Assembly: GCA_020048105.1 (NCBI GenBank)
Contig: JAIFMW010000111.1
Location: forward strand, 1 to 42,988
Source: Deltaproteobacteria bacterium
GTDB lineage: Bacteria > Acidobacteriota > Holophagae > Holophagales > Holophagaceae
Direction: 5' to 3'
Length of the DNA stretch: 42,988 nt
The first letter of the stretch is position 1. Every line of letters starts with the position of its first letter. Under the pieces are notes generated by a model. The model was not told the DNA's origin, searched no databases, and worked only from the letters and a program-made list of their open reading frames with translations. Shown here in pieces: positions 18,187 to 26,520 of the stretch. The translations under genes and the position numbers were made by a program.

Positions 18187-18314
18187 CACCACGGAGACAC
18201 GGAGTGCACGGAGAAAAAGCTCGGGAGAAAGATCCTGGAGCAAGGACGACGAAGGGACACCTGCGATTGTTTCATTCTCCGCGATCCCTCCGTGTCCTCC
18301 GTGTCGCCGTGGTG
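18187..18314. repeat. Palindromic element B: 27-bp arms of cacggag subrepeats
   Basis: caccacggagacacggagtgcacggag (18187-18213) vs ctccgtgtcctccgtgtcgccgtggtg (18288-18314), 3 mismatches. Confidence 0.85.
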
Positions 18315-18320
18315 TTTTTT

Positions 18321-19181
18321 TCAGCCGAAGCGGCCCGTGATGTAGTCTTCCGTGCGCCGATCGGCGGGCCGGGTAAAAAGAGCATCGGTGGTATTGCATT
18401 CCACCAGATCGCCCAGGTAAAGGAAAGCCGTGTAATGGGACACACGCGCCGCCTGCTGCATGCTGTGGGTAACGATGACGATGGTGTATTTTTCGCCGAG
18501 TTGGTGAATGAGTTCTTCCACCTTGGCAGTGGCAATGGGATCCAGCGCCGAACAGGGTTCATCCATCAACAGGACTTCGGGTTCCAGCGCTAAGGCCCGA
18601 GCGATACAGAGGCGCTGCTGCTGTCCACCGCTCAGACTCGTGCCGCTGCGATTCAAGACATCCTTCACTTCATCCCAAAGGGCGGCCTGACGCAGGGAAC
18701 GCTCCACCAGATCATCAGGGCGCTCGGGGCGCATGCCAGCCAGCTTCCAACCCGCCAGAACATTATCTCGAATGCTCAGGGTGGGAAAGGGATTCGGCCG
18801 CTGAAAGACCATGCCCACACGGCGACGCAAAGCCACGGGATCCATGGCGCGGGTGTAGACATCCTGCCCATCGAGCAGCACCCGACCCTCCATGCGCGCA
18901 CCGGGGATCACTTCGTGCAAGCGATTGAGGCAGCGAATGTAGGTGGATTTGCCGCACCCAGAAGGCCCGATAAGGGCGGTCACTCGCTTTTCGCGGATCG
19001 GCAGAGAGATCTCTTTCAAGATCTTGTTTTTGCCGAACCAAGCGGAAAGATTTTCCGTGGCCATTTTCGCCGATTGGGAAGCACGGGCGGGACTCTGCGC
19101 CTCCTGATCCGAAACCAACAAGGAAGCCGAATCGTGCAGATCGAGTCGGGGCATGGCGAGCGTTGAAGAAAGCGCGTTCAT
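18321..19181 (-). CDS. pstB: Phosphate ABC transporter ATP-binding protein
   Basis: [41 protein letters not shown]. Confidence 0.96.
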   Translation of the reverse strand: MNALSSTLAMPRLDLHDSASLLVSDQEAQSPARASQSAKMATENLSAWFGKNKILKEISLPIREKRVTALIGPSGCGKSTYIRCLNRLHEVIPGARMEGRVLLDGQDVYTRAMDPVALRRRVGMVFQRPNPFPTLSIRDNVLAGWKLAGMRPERPDDLVERSLRQAALWDEVKDVLNRSGTSLSGGQQQRLCIARALALEPEVLLMDEPCSALDPIATAKVEELIHQLGEKYTIVIVTHSMQQAARVSHYTAFLYLGDLVECNTTDALFTRPADRRTEDYITGRFG

Positions 19182-19184
19182 TCG

Positions 19185-20030
19185 TTACCTCCCTTGGCCA
19201 GGTTGGCGAGTCATCACCCGAGCCAGGACATTGAGCACCAACACCAGCAACACCAGAGCCAGGGCCGCTGCCCAAGCTTGTTGATGCCAATCTTCATAGG
19301 GGGATACGGCGTAGGTGTAAATCTGCACCGGCAGCGACCCCATGGGCTGATCGAGCTTCAAAGAAAGAAAGCGACTACCAAAGGCGGTGAAGAGTAGCGG
19401 TGCCGTTTCCCCGGCTGCCCGCGCCACCGCCAGCATAATGCCCGTCGCGATGCCTGGCGCACCCGTGCGCAGCACCACGCCCAAGATCACGCGCCACTTG
19501 GGTATCCCCAGGGCAAGCCCGGCTTCCCTCAGAGAATCGGGCACCAATCGGAGGAGTTCCTCCGTGGTCCGCATGACGGTAGGCAGCATCAGGATGGCCA
19601 GCGCGATCCCACCGGCCAAGGCCGAGAAACGGTGCATCGTCAGAACGACCATGGTGTATACAAAAATACCCACCGTGATGGAAGGCACCCCGGACATTAC
19701 ATCCGCGGCAAACCTCACGATTTTGCCGAAGCGGTTATTACCGAATTCGGCGAGGTAAACGCCTCCGAGCACTCCTACCGGAATCCCGAAAGCACAGCCC
19801 AGCCCCACGAGAATGGCCGACCCCATGAAAGCGTTCGCCATGCCGCCACCGGTTTCACCCACGGGTTTTGGCAGCTGAGTAAAGAAGGCCCAGCTAAAGC
19901 CACCCAACCCCTTGAGCGTGAGGTCGTAGAGGACACTCGCCAAGGGCACCAGGGCCAAAAACACCATGCCCAGGCAGGCCCAACGAGCCACGATATCTGT
20001 AATTTTTCGCCGCTGAAAATGATCCAACAT
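19185..20030 (-). CDS. pstA: Phosphate ABC transporter permease PstA
   Basis: VPSITVG, ARAAGETAPLLFT; TGATG overlap with pstC. Confidence 0.95.
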   Translation of the reverse strand: MLDHFQRRKITDIVARWACLGMVFLALVPLASVLYDLTLKGLGGFSWAFFTQLPKPVGETGGGMANAFMGSAILVGLGCAFGIPVGVLGGVYLAEFGNNRFGKIVRFAADVMSGVPSITVGIFVYTMVVLTMHRFSALAGGIALAILMLPTVMRTTEELLRLVPDSLREAGLALGIPKWRVILGVVLRTGAPGIATGIMLAVARAAGETAPLLFTAFGSRFLSLKLDQPMGSLPVQIYTYAVSPYEDWHQQAWAAALALVLLVLVLNVLARVMTRQPGQGR

Positions 20031-21070
20031 CAAGCTCTCCCTGCGCCAGCCGGCACCTTGCCAACGCGCCAAATAAGGAGACGGGCCACGATGTTAAGCA
20101 CAACGGTCACGCCGAAGAGGATCAGACCCAATTCCGTGAGCGCTGCCAGATAGAGATCTCCCGAGGCTTCGGCATATTCATTGGCGATGACGCTGGCCAG
20201 AGAATACGAAGGATCGAAGAGGGAGAGCGAAATTTCCGCGCGATTACCAATCACCATGGTCACCGCCATGGTTTCACCCAAGGCTCGACCCAGACCCAAA
20301 ATCACGGCTCCCAAGATCCCCGAACTGGCGGAAGGCAATACGGCCTTGCGCACCATTTCCCAGCGCGTTGCGCCCAGGGCCAAGGCCCCTTCGCGAAGGG
20401 TACTTGGAACAGCCTCCAGCACGTCACGGCTTACCGAAGCGATCGTGGGCAGGATCATGATGGCCAGGATCAAAACACCCGCCATGAGCCCGAGGCCGCG
20501 TGGCGTTCCCTGAAAGAACGGCAGAAAGCCCAAGGTCTTTGCAAGGAAGGGCTGTACCGTTTCTCGCAACCAGGGCGCCAACACAAAGATGCCCCAGAGC
20601 CCGTAGATGACGCTAGGAATGGCGGCCAGGAGTTCCACCAGGAACCCTAAGGGGCGACGCACCCAGTTGGGTGCCAGCTCCGCTAGGTAGATGGCAATGC
20701 CCAAGGCGATCGGTACCGCCAGCGCAAGCGCCAACAGACTCGACACCACGGTTCCATAGATGTAGGGCAGCGCCCCGTAGGCATCCAGCACTGGATCCCA
20801 GTCTTTGCTGACCAGGAAATGCCATCCGAATTGCCGAATGGAAAGCATGGAGGTACGAATCATCTGGAGCGTGATTGCCCCTAGAACCAGAATCACCATG
20901 CCAGCAAGAATTCCGGTCACCCAGAGAAAGGCCCGATCCGCCGGATTGACAACGGAACCTTTTCGCAACGACAGCGATGACCGCAACGACTGCAATGACC
21001 GCCAAAGGCGGGAAACCCAGGATTCCGGGGCTCCCACCGATGGCGAATTCGTGTCTTGCTTCAGGGTCAT
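20030..21070 (-). CDS. pstC: Phosphate ABC transporter permease PstC
   Basis: ELLAAIPSVIYGLWG, GRALGETMAV. Confidence 0.95.
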   Translation of the reverse strand: MTLKQDTNSPSVGAPESWVSRLWRSLQSLRSSLSLRKGSVVNPADRAFLWVTGILAGMVILVLGAITLQMIRTSMLSIRQFGWHFLVSKDWDPVLDAYGALPYIYGTVVSSLLALALAVPIALGIAIYLAELAPNWVRRPLGFLVELLAAIPSVIYGLWGIFVLAPWLRETVQPFLAKTLGFLPFFQGTPRGLGLMAGVLILAIMILPTIASVSRDVLEAVPSTLREGALALGATRWEMVRKAVLPSASSGILGAVILGLGRALGETMAVTMVIGNRAEISLSLFDPSYSLASVIANEYAEASGDLYLAALTELGLILFGVTVVLNIVARLLIWRVGKVPAGAGRA

Positions 21071-21071
21071 C

Positions 21072-22106
21072 TTACTTCCGGGTAATCAGGATTTGACCGT
21101 TGGCCTTCAAGCTCTTCAGCTTGGCTTCGACCTTGGGCAGCACATCCTTAGGCAGCGGAGCGTAATCGAGGGCCGCAGCGAACTTCTGACCGTCATGAAT
21201 CGCCCACCACAGGTAATCGGCCACAGCCTTGCCCTTGACGGGATCCTTGGCATTTTCGTAGACCAGGATGTAGCTATAGGAAGCGATGGGGTAATCCTTG
21301 GCGCCATTGCTATCCGTGATGGACATGCACAGATCCGCAGGAATCTCGTTACCGGTAGCCGCCGAAGTGGTGGCTTCGGGGCTGGGCGTGATGAACTTGC
21401 CAGCCTTGTTTCGAATGGAGGCAACAGGAAGCTTATTCTGCTTCGCGTAGGCCAGTTCCAAATACCCGATGGCACCGGGCGTGGTCTTCACTAGACCGGT
21501 GACGCCTTCGTTGCCCTTGCCGCCCAAACCCACGGGGAACTTCACGCTCTTGCCAACCCCAACCTTACTCTTCCAATCGACACTGACCTTGGCTAAATAT
21601 TCCGTAAACACTGCCGTGGTGCCGCTGCCGTCGGAACGATAGGCCACGGTAATGGGCGTGGCAGGCAAGGAAACACCAGGGTTAATACCGGTCAGGCGGG
21701 CATCATTCCATTTGGTGATTTGCCCCATAAAAATGCCCGACAACACTTCGGGCGTCAGCTTCAACGAAGCACTCACACCGGGAACGTTGTAAGAGACCAC
21801 CACGCTGCCGAGGGTGACCGGGAGGTGGAAGATGGGCGACTTGGCCTTGGCCCGCTCCTGGGCGGTCATGGGCGCATCCGTGGCGCCGAAATCCACGGTG
21901 CCTTCGAGGATCTGCTTGATGCCCCCGCCGCTCCCGATGGACTGATAGTTGACATTCACGGATGGCTGCACCTTTTGGTACTCCGACATCCATTTCGAAT
22001 AAAGGGGGTACGGGAAGGTCGCGCCTGCACCCTGGACCACGGTTTGGCCCTGAAGACTCGCCGCTGCCACCATGGCACCTAGCGTTGCAATCCGAAGCAT
22101 GCTCAT
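21072..22106 (-). CDS. pstS: Phosphate ABC transporter substrate-binding protein
   Basis: GAGATFPYPLY, YQSIGSGGG, RSDGSGTT, GKGNEGV; SD aggagg. Confidence 0.96.
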   Translation of the reverse strand: MSMLRIATLGAMVAAASLQGQTVVQGAGATFPYPLYSKWMSEYQKVQPSVNVNYQSIGSGGGIKQILEGTVDFGATDAPMTAQERAKAKSPIFHLPVTLGSVVVSYNVPGVSASLKLTPEVLSGIFMGQITKWNDARLTGINPGVSLPATPITVAYRSDGSGTTAVFTEYLAKVSVDWKSKVGVGKSVKFPVGLGGKGNEGVTGLVKTTPGAIGYLELAYAKQNKLPVASIRNKAGKFITPSPEATTSAATGNEIPADLCMSITDSNGAKDYPIASYSYILVYENAKDPVKGKAVADYLWWAIHDGQKFAAALDYAPLPKDVLPKVEAKLKSLKANGQILITRK

Positions 22107-22126
22107 CGTTTGTTCCTCCTGGAATC

Positions 22127-22170
22127 ACAGTACGGGCCCTATGTGGCGACTCTGTGACGGAGGTGCGACG
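22127..22170 (-). promoter_or_regulatory. Putative Pho box plus -10 of pstS
   Basis: cGTCGC-acctc-cGTCAC-agagt-cGCCAC-10 nt-TACTGT. Confidence 0.7.
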
Positions 22171-22186
22171 ATTGCGGAAAGCCTTG

Positions 22187-22357
22187 CTACTCCATCCCAG
22201 CCGGGAATAGGAAATAGGCAAGCAAAGCACCGCCTAGGATAAGCAACAGATCAAGCCATCCCCTGCCAGAAGGAATCGGGGAACGGGACCCCTCTGCCCA
22301 CAGGACGATTCGATGAAGCGGTTGCATGGAATGGAGGTGAAAGGTGTGGGATCGCAT
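22187..22357 (-). CDS. Small 56-aa protein with a C-terminal TM helix
   Basis: SD AAGGAGG-gcgcc-ATG; WLDLLLILGGALLAYFLF; own Pho-box candidate. Confidence 0.6.
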   Translation of the reverse strand: MRSHTFHLHSMQPLHRIVLWAEGSRSPIPSGRGWLDLLLILGGALLAYFLFPAGME

Positions 22358-22386
22358 GGCGCCCTCCTTGGGAAGTGCCCAGGTAC

Positions 22387-22430
22387 AAACTAGGGCGCCC
22401 CAACGATCAGGCCGTGACGTTTCTGTAAAC
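22387..22430 (-). promoter_or_regulatory. Putative Pho box plus -10 of the small ORF
   Basis: TTTAC-agaaac-GTCAC, then 21 nt (11+10), then TAGTTT. Confidence 0.5.
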
Positions 22431-22461
22431 AAAACGCCCGCACCAAAAGGCACGGGCGTTT
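22431..22461 (-). terminator. Rho-independent terminator after pit
   Basis: aacgcccg...cgggcgtt stem followed by ttgttt on the minus strand. Confidence 0.75.
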
Positions 22462-22482
22462 ATTGCGATACCAACAATCAAA

Positions 22483-23562
22483 TCATGGCTTACCTGTGGG
22501 TGGCATTGGGGTCACAACCTTAACCTGGGCCAATCGAGGATTGACCTTGAGGCCTGGCGCCACAGCCACGAGTGTCTTGTAGAAGGTCATTGCCAGCAGG
22601 GCGCTAACCGGAATCGTCAGCAGCCAAGCAATGAAGATATTACCTGCCAACCCCCACCGCACGGCGCTGGGGTTCATGCTCGTGCCCACGCCCATGATCG
22701 CGCCACTGATGGAGTGGGTGGTCGAAACGGGAATCCCGAAATGTGCGGTAGTGAAGAGCACGATGGCCGCAGCGGTTTCGGCAGCAAAGCCATGAATGGG
22801 CTTCAGCTTGGCGATCTTGTGCCCCAGGGTCTTGATGATCTTCCAACCACCACCCGCCGTGCCCGCGCCCATCATGAGGGCTGAACCAATTTTCACCCAC
22901 AGAGGCACCGGAACATTGCCAGCGCCAGCCGGCAGGTAGCCGTAGGTAATGAGGCCCAAACAAATGATGCCCATCGCCTTCTGAGCGTCGTTTTGTCCAT
23001 GGGTGAAGGCCATAGCGCCTGCGGAAACCAACTGCAATTTTCGGAAAGCGAAGTTTACTTTATGGATCGACATGCGGCGCACGATCCAAAGAATGCCGAT
23101 AATAAGCGCGGCGGCAACCAAGAAGCCAAGGGCAGGCGAAATCACAATGAAGGCACCGATTTCCCGCAATTTAGCCCATTTGAGACCTGAAACCCCGGCA
23201 TGCGCCAGGACGGCCCCGGCCAAGCCACCCATTAAGGTATGACTAGTGCTGCTCGGAATGCCAAACCACCAGGTCAGCAAATCCCAAAAAATAGCAGCCA
23301 AAAGCGCCGCAATAATGACCGCTGGCACCATCTGAGAACTATCGGCCAAGCCCTTTGCAATCGTAGTCGCCACAGAGGTGCCCATGAGTGCACCGGTAAA
23401 ATTCAGCACCGCGGCCATGACGATGGCGTATTTCGCGGGCATCACGCCCGTGGACACGACGGTGGCAATGGCATTGGCGGTGTCGTGAAACCCGTTAATG
23501 TAATCGATACACCAGGAGAACAAAACGATGGCGATCAACGCCAGAGGGACGTATTCAAGCAT
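22483..23562 (-). CDS. pit: Inorganic phosphate transporter, PiT family
   Basis: NGFHDTANAIAT, GIPSSTSH, HGQNDAQK, PVSTTH. Confidence 0.93.
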   Translation of the reverse strand: MLEYVPLALIAIVLFSWCIDYINGFHDTANAIATVVSTGVMPAKYAIVMAAVLNFTGALMGTSVATTIAKGLADSSQMVPAVIIAALLAAIFWDLLTWWFGIPSSTSHTLMGGLAGAVLAHAGVSGLKWAKLREIGAFIVISPALGFLVAAALIIGILWIVRRMSIHKVNFAFRKLQLVSAGAMAFTHGQNDAQKAMGIICLGLITYGYLPAGAGNVPVPLWVKIGSALMMGAGTAGGGWKIIKTLGHKIAKLKPIHGFAAETAAAIVLFTTAHFGIPVSTTHSISGAIMGVGTSMNPSAVRWGLAGNIFIAWLLTIPVSALLAMTFYKTLVAVAPGLKVNPRLAQVKVVTPMPPTGKP

Positions 23563-23574
23563 GGTCCCGAATCC

Positions 23575-24222
23575 TCAAGCGTTCTTCATGACGGTGGAAC
23601 CGACTACCTTGGCGGCATGATCGATGCGATCTACGGCGGCTTCCAGGGTATCCAGGAGCTCCTTCCACTTGATCAACATGATGGGGTCTGGACTATTGGA
23701 GAATAGAGCGGAAAGAGCGGTGTGGTAGACAGCATCGGTCTGGTTTTCCAGTTCGCTGACAATGCGTATGTGCTTACGGATTTCTTCGGGATTGGACATG
23801 TTGCGCAAACTACCCACCAGAAAAACCAGTTCCTGGCAGCCCGAGACATTCATGGAAGCCAGCTCCCGATAGGCCGGTAGCACTGTCTTAACGTTATAGA
23901 GAACCAGACGATCTGCGATGGCGTCCAGATCATCGAGCACATCATCCAAGGCGTGGGCCAAGGTCAGGATATCTTCACGTTCGATCGGTGTAACAAAAGT
24001 CCGATCCAGGCGATCAATAATTTCATGGGTTATTTCGTCGCCCTTATGCTCGAGCACTTTCATCGCTCTGCGGAAATCGCCCCATTCTTCTCGATTTTCG
24101 GCCCCTACTTCCTTTTCGAAGAATTTGGCAGCTTCAAGTACGTTTGCTGCGGATGCTTCGAGCAGGTCGAAGAAAACCATTTCCTTGGGCTTAAGCCAGC
24201 GGATGAGTGCGTTCAAGGACAT
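23575..24222 (-). CDS. DUF47 / PhoU-like PiT accessory protein
   Basis: LEHKGDEITH, TFVTPIEREDI..L...LDDVLD; upstream of pit. Confidence 0.9.
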   Translation of the reverse strand: MSLNALIRWLKPKEMVFFDLLEASAANVLEAAKFFEKEVGAENREEWGDFRRAMKVLEHKGDEITHEIIDRLDRTFVTPIEREDILTLAHALDDVLDDLDAIADRLVLYNVKTVLPAYRELASMNVSGCQELVFLVGSLRNMSNPEEIRKHIRIVSELENQTDAVYHTALSALFSNSPDPIMLIKWKELLDTLEAAVDRIDHAAKVVGSTVMKNA

Positions 24223-24255
24223 GAAACCTCCGGTGGGGCTCAGGCCCCTGTGCTG

Positions 24256-24288
24256 ATTATGGAACAGGTACGTGTCATTTCTGTGACG
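24256..24288 (-). promoter_or_regulatory. Putative Pho box plus -10 of DUF47-pit
   Basis: cGTCAC-agaaat-GACAC-10 nt-CATAAT. Confidence 0.65.
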
Positions 24289-24317
24289 AAGCTCCGGTTC
24301 GTGGACTTCGTCACGCC

Positions 24318-25256
24318 TCAGTGTACCAGTTCTGAAACCTTTACAAAGTTCACTTGCCCTTTGCTGCGCGGGATGAGTTTTTCTAGAGCCTCCACGGTCT
24401 CCGGATAAATGTGGCCGATGATGATGACCTGTCCTTCAGCCCGGGCAAGCGTCAGGGCACGCTCCCACTGCTTGGCCATGGCTTCGAAGGCCTTGTCGTC
24501 ATCCAGGAACACCTTGCGCTGTGCCGCCGGGATCTTAAGTTCGACGGCCATATCAAAGGCCACTGAATCTTTTTCGGTGCGGCTATCCAGAAAAAAGCAA
24601 TGAGCCGCCTTGATCTCCTGAAGAATCCATTTCATGCGCGGACGATCCGGTGTAATGCGGCTACCCATGTGGTTGTTCACACCTTTGCGCCAAGGAACAT
24701 CCAAAAGTGCTTTTTTTACGCGGGCCCGAATTTCGGCCTCGGGCAGTTCGAACATCACGGCATTGGGACCTGGGTCTTTTCCAGGTCCTGGATATCCAAT
24801 GGGTTCCATGGGCAGGTGCAGCAGGATTTCCTTGCCCGCGCCATGGGCGATGGCGGCGCTTTCCTGTGTGAACTCCTGGAAGGGCAGCACGGCCGCGGAA
24901 AAGGCCACCGGTTGAGCACAAAGGCGCCTTACGAGCTCGGGAGCGGCGTAGCCGAAATCATCGATCACTAAAGCCAACCGGGGCAGCGCTGCGGTGGGCT
25001 GGGGTGCCGCTTGCGGTTTGTCCGTGGCCTTGTCCGGCAATCTCCCCGGCACGGCCACGGGAGAACTGGGTTTCGGTTTACGCGGAGGTTCGGATCGTTT
25101 GGTTTCCTGGTCTTGAGGTGGGCGTTGGGATTTCTTTTTACAGCCCTGATTGCTGAGCACTAAACCCAAGCCAAGGCCAAGCAAAAGCATCGCCACGCCC
25201 CAGAAGGCGAGAACACCGGTAGACCGTCGGCCTGAACTGCGCTTGCGACCGGCCAT
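24318..25256 (-). CDS. Divergent polysaccharide deacetylase (YibQ family)
   Basis: LVIDDFG, LLHLPMEP, NNHMGS, FLDSRT, IGH; N-terminal TM. Confidence 0.9.
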   Translation of the reverse strand: MAGRKRSSGRRSTGVLAFWGVAMLLLGLGLGLVLSNQGCKKKSQRPPQDQETKRSEPPRKPKPSSPVAVPGRLPDKATDKPQAAPQPTAALPRLALVIDDFGYAAPELVRRLCAQPVAFSAAVLPFQEFTQESAAIAHGAGKEILLHLPMEPIGYPGPGKDPGPNAVMFELPEAEIRARVKKALLDVPWRKGVNNHMGSRITPDRPRMKWILQEIKAAHCFFLDSRTEKDSVAFDMAVELKIPAAQRKVFLDDDKAFEAMAKQWERALTLARAEGQVIIIGHIYPETVEALEKLIPRSKGQVNFVKVSELVH

Positions 25257-25259
25257 GAT

Positions 25260-26498
25260 TCAGACGATCTCCCGCGCGCGCGGTTCCCTGTCGAAGCGTC
25301 CGCGATCAAAATTCTGCTTAAAGGCATGCATCGCAGGTTTGACTTCGGCCTTGGGAATGGGCTTCTTCTCGAGCTGCTCGAGAATCCTGGGCAGGGGATC
25401 TTCTTCGATTTTCACGCCTCGTTGGGCACGGATTAGGAACTCGGGAAGGAACCCCTGGCGATCCAGCTTTTCGCCCCCGGCCCCGACCCAACGGCGATTG
25501 ACGATCTCCGCCGCACCACCGGTCCGCAACTGGAATCGCGTGCGCTCGACGCCCATGGCGGCCGTGCGTTCTCCAAAGGTTGGCAAGGATTGTTTCTTGA
25601 GGGCGGCAGCTAGAGCCTCGGCGGGCCCGATGGAGCCAAACCCGGTGAGCACCGCGACCTTGGCGAAGGCTGCTTTTTTCTCACCCATAGCTTCCAAGAC
25701 ACGCTCGGGCTTCCCGGCCTCTTGAATGGTTAAAAAAGGAACCTTTCCCGCGAACAACCCAGCAACTTGGCTCGCTTCGGTGAGATCGCCACCGACGCAT
25801 TGGCGAAGATCCAAAACCAAAGGCAGTCGCGCATCCAAGGTATTCAGAACCGCCTGAAGTTCCTGGAACCGCCCTGCCTCAAGATCGTGCAGGGTCACAA
25901 CACTGGCCGTGGGTTCTTTCCGTATGCCGATGGCAAGTCGGGAATTTTTTCCGCGCTTGAGGGTAAGTTTTTTGGTGGTACCCGCCATGCCGTCGTACCA
26001 CAGCATGGTGACCTCGCTACCCTCGATGCCGCGGAGACTGCGTTCCACGGTCCAGGCGCTCATGGGGCCAAGGCTCTGACCATCGAGCTTTCGAATGATA
26101 TCGCCCACATGCACTCCAGCTTTTGCTGCAGGGCCATTGGGATGCACGGCGATGACCTGAGCATAGATCTGGCTCTTGCGAAGCTTCAGGCCAGGATCGG
26201 CGCTGCCGGGATCGGGCAGCCGCAAATCTTCGGGACTGAGGTAGGCGTTCAGTGGGTGCGCGCGTTCCAGCGTGCCTTGAATGCCGCCCGCGATCACCTT
26301 GCCCATATCGGGAGCGTCGACGTAGTGTTCCCGCACCAGGGCCAGCACATCCTGGATATCCGATAGACCCGCCAGGGGGTCCTGGTTGGCAGGTTTAGAT
26401 TCTTTTCGTGGGGGATCCGAATGCCGCACCACCATCGGGTAGGTGAAGGCGGCCACCAAGGGAAAGGTCAGGATTGAGAGCCAAGTGCGCTGATGCAT
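25260..26498 (-). CDS. S41 (CtpA-like) PDZ peptidase homologue, catalytic residues apparently lost
   Basis: HYVD, PDZ GPAAKAGV..GD, VLDLR..GG, GERT; GPAE in place of SASE. Confidence 0.8.
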   Translation of the reverse strand: MHQRTWLSILTFPLVAAFTYPMVVRHSDPPRKESKPANQDPLAGLSDIQDVLALVREHYVDAPDMGKVIAGGIQGTLERAHPLNAYLSPEDLRLPDPGSADPGLKLRKSQIYAQVIAVHPNGPAAKAGVHVGDIIRKLDGQSLGPMSAWTVERSLRGIEGSEVTMLWYDGMAGTTKKLTLKRGKNSRLAIGIRKEPTASVVTLHDLEAGRFQELQAVLNTLDARLPLVLDLRQCVGGDLTEASQVAGLFAGKVPFLTIQEAGKPERVLEAMGEKKAAFAKVAVLTGFGSIGPAEALAAALKKQSLPTFGERTAAMGVERTRFQLRTGGAAEIVNRRWVGAGGEKLDRQGFLPEFLIRAQRGVKIEEDPLPRILEQLEKKPIPKAEVKPAMHAFKQNFDRGRFDREPRAREIV

Positions 26499-26520
26499 TC
26501 TCCCAGTGTAAGCCACGGGC

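Noticed and set aside
95..18314. CRISPR array interpretation of the subrepeat elements
   Set aside because: No regularly spaced direct repeats with unique spacers; no cas genes
17206..18399. Short ORFs spanning the palindromic elements (17206-17649, 18160-18345, 18175-18399)
   Set aside because: Translations of the repeat arms (SVSSVSPW, HGDTECTE); no GxxExxY or other nuclease motif
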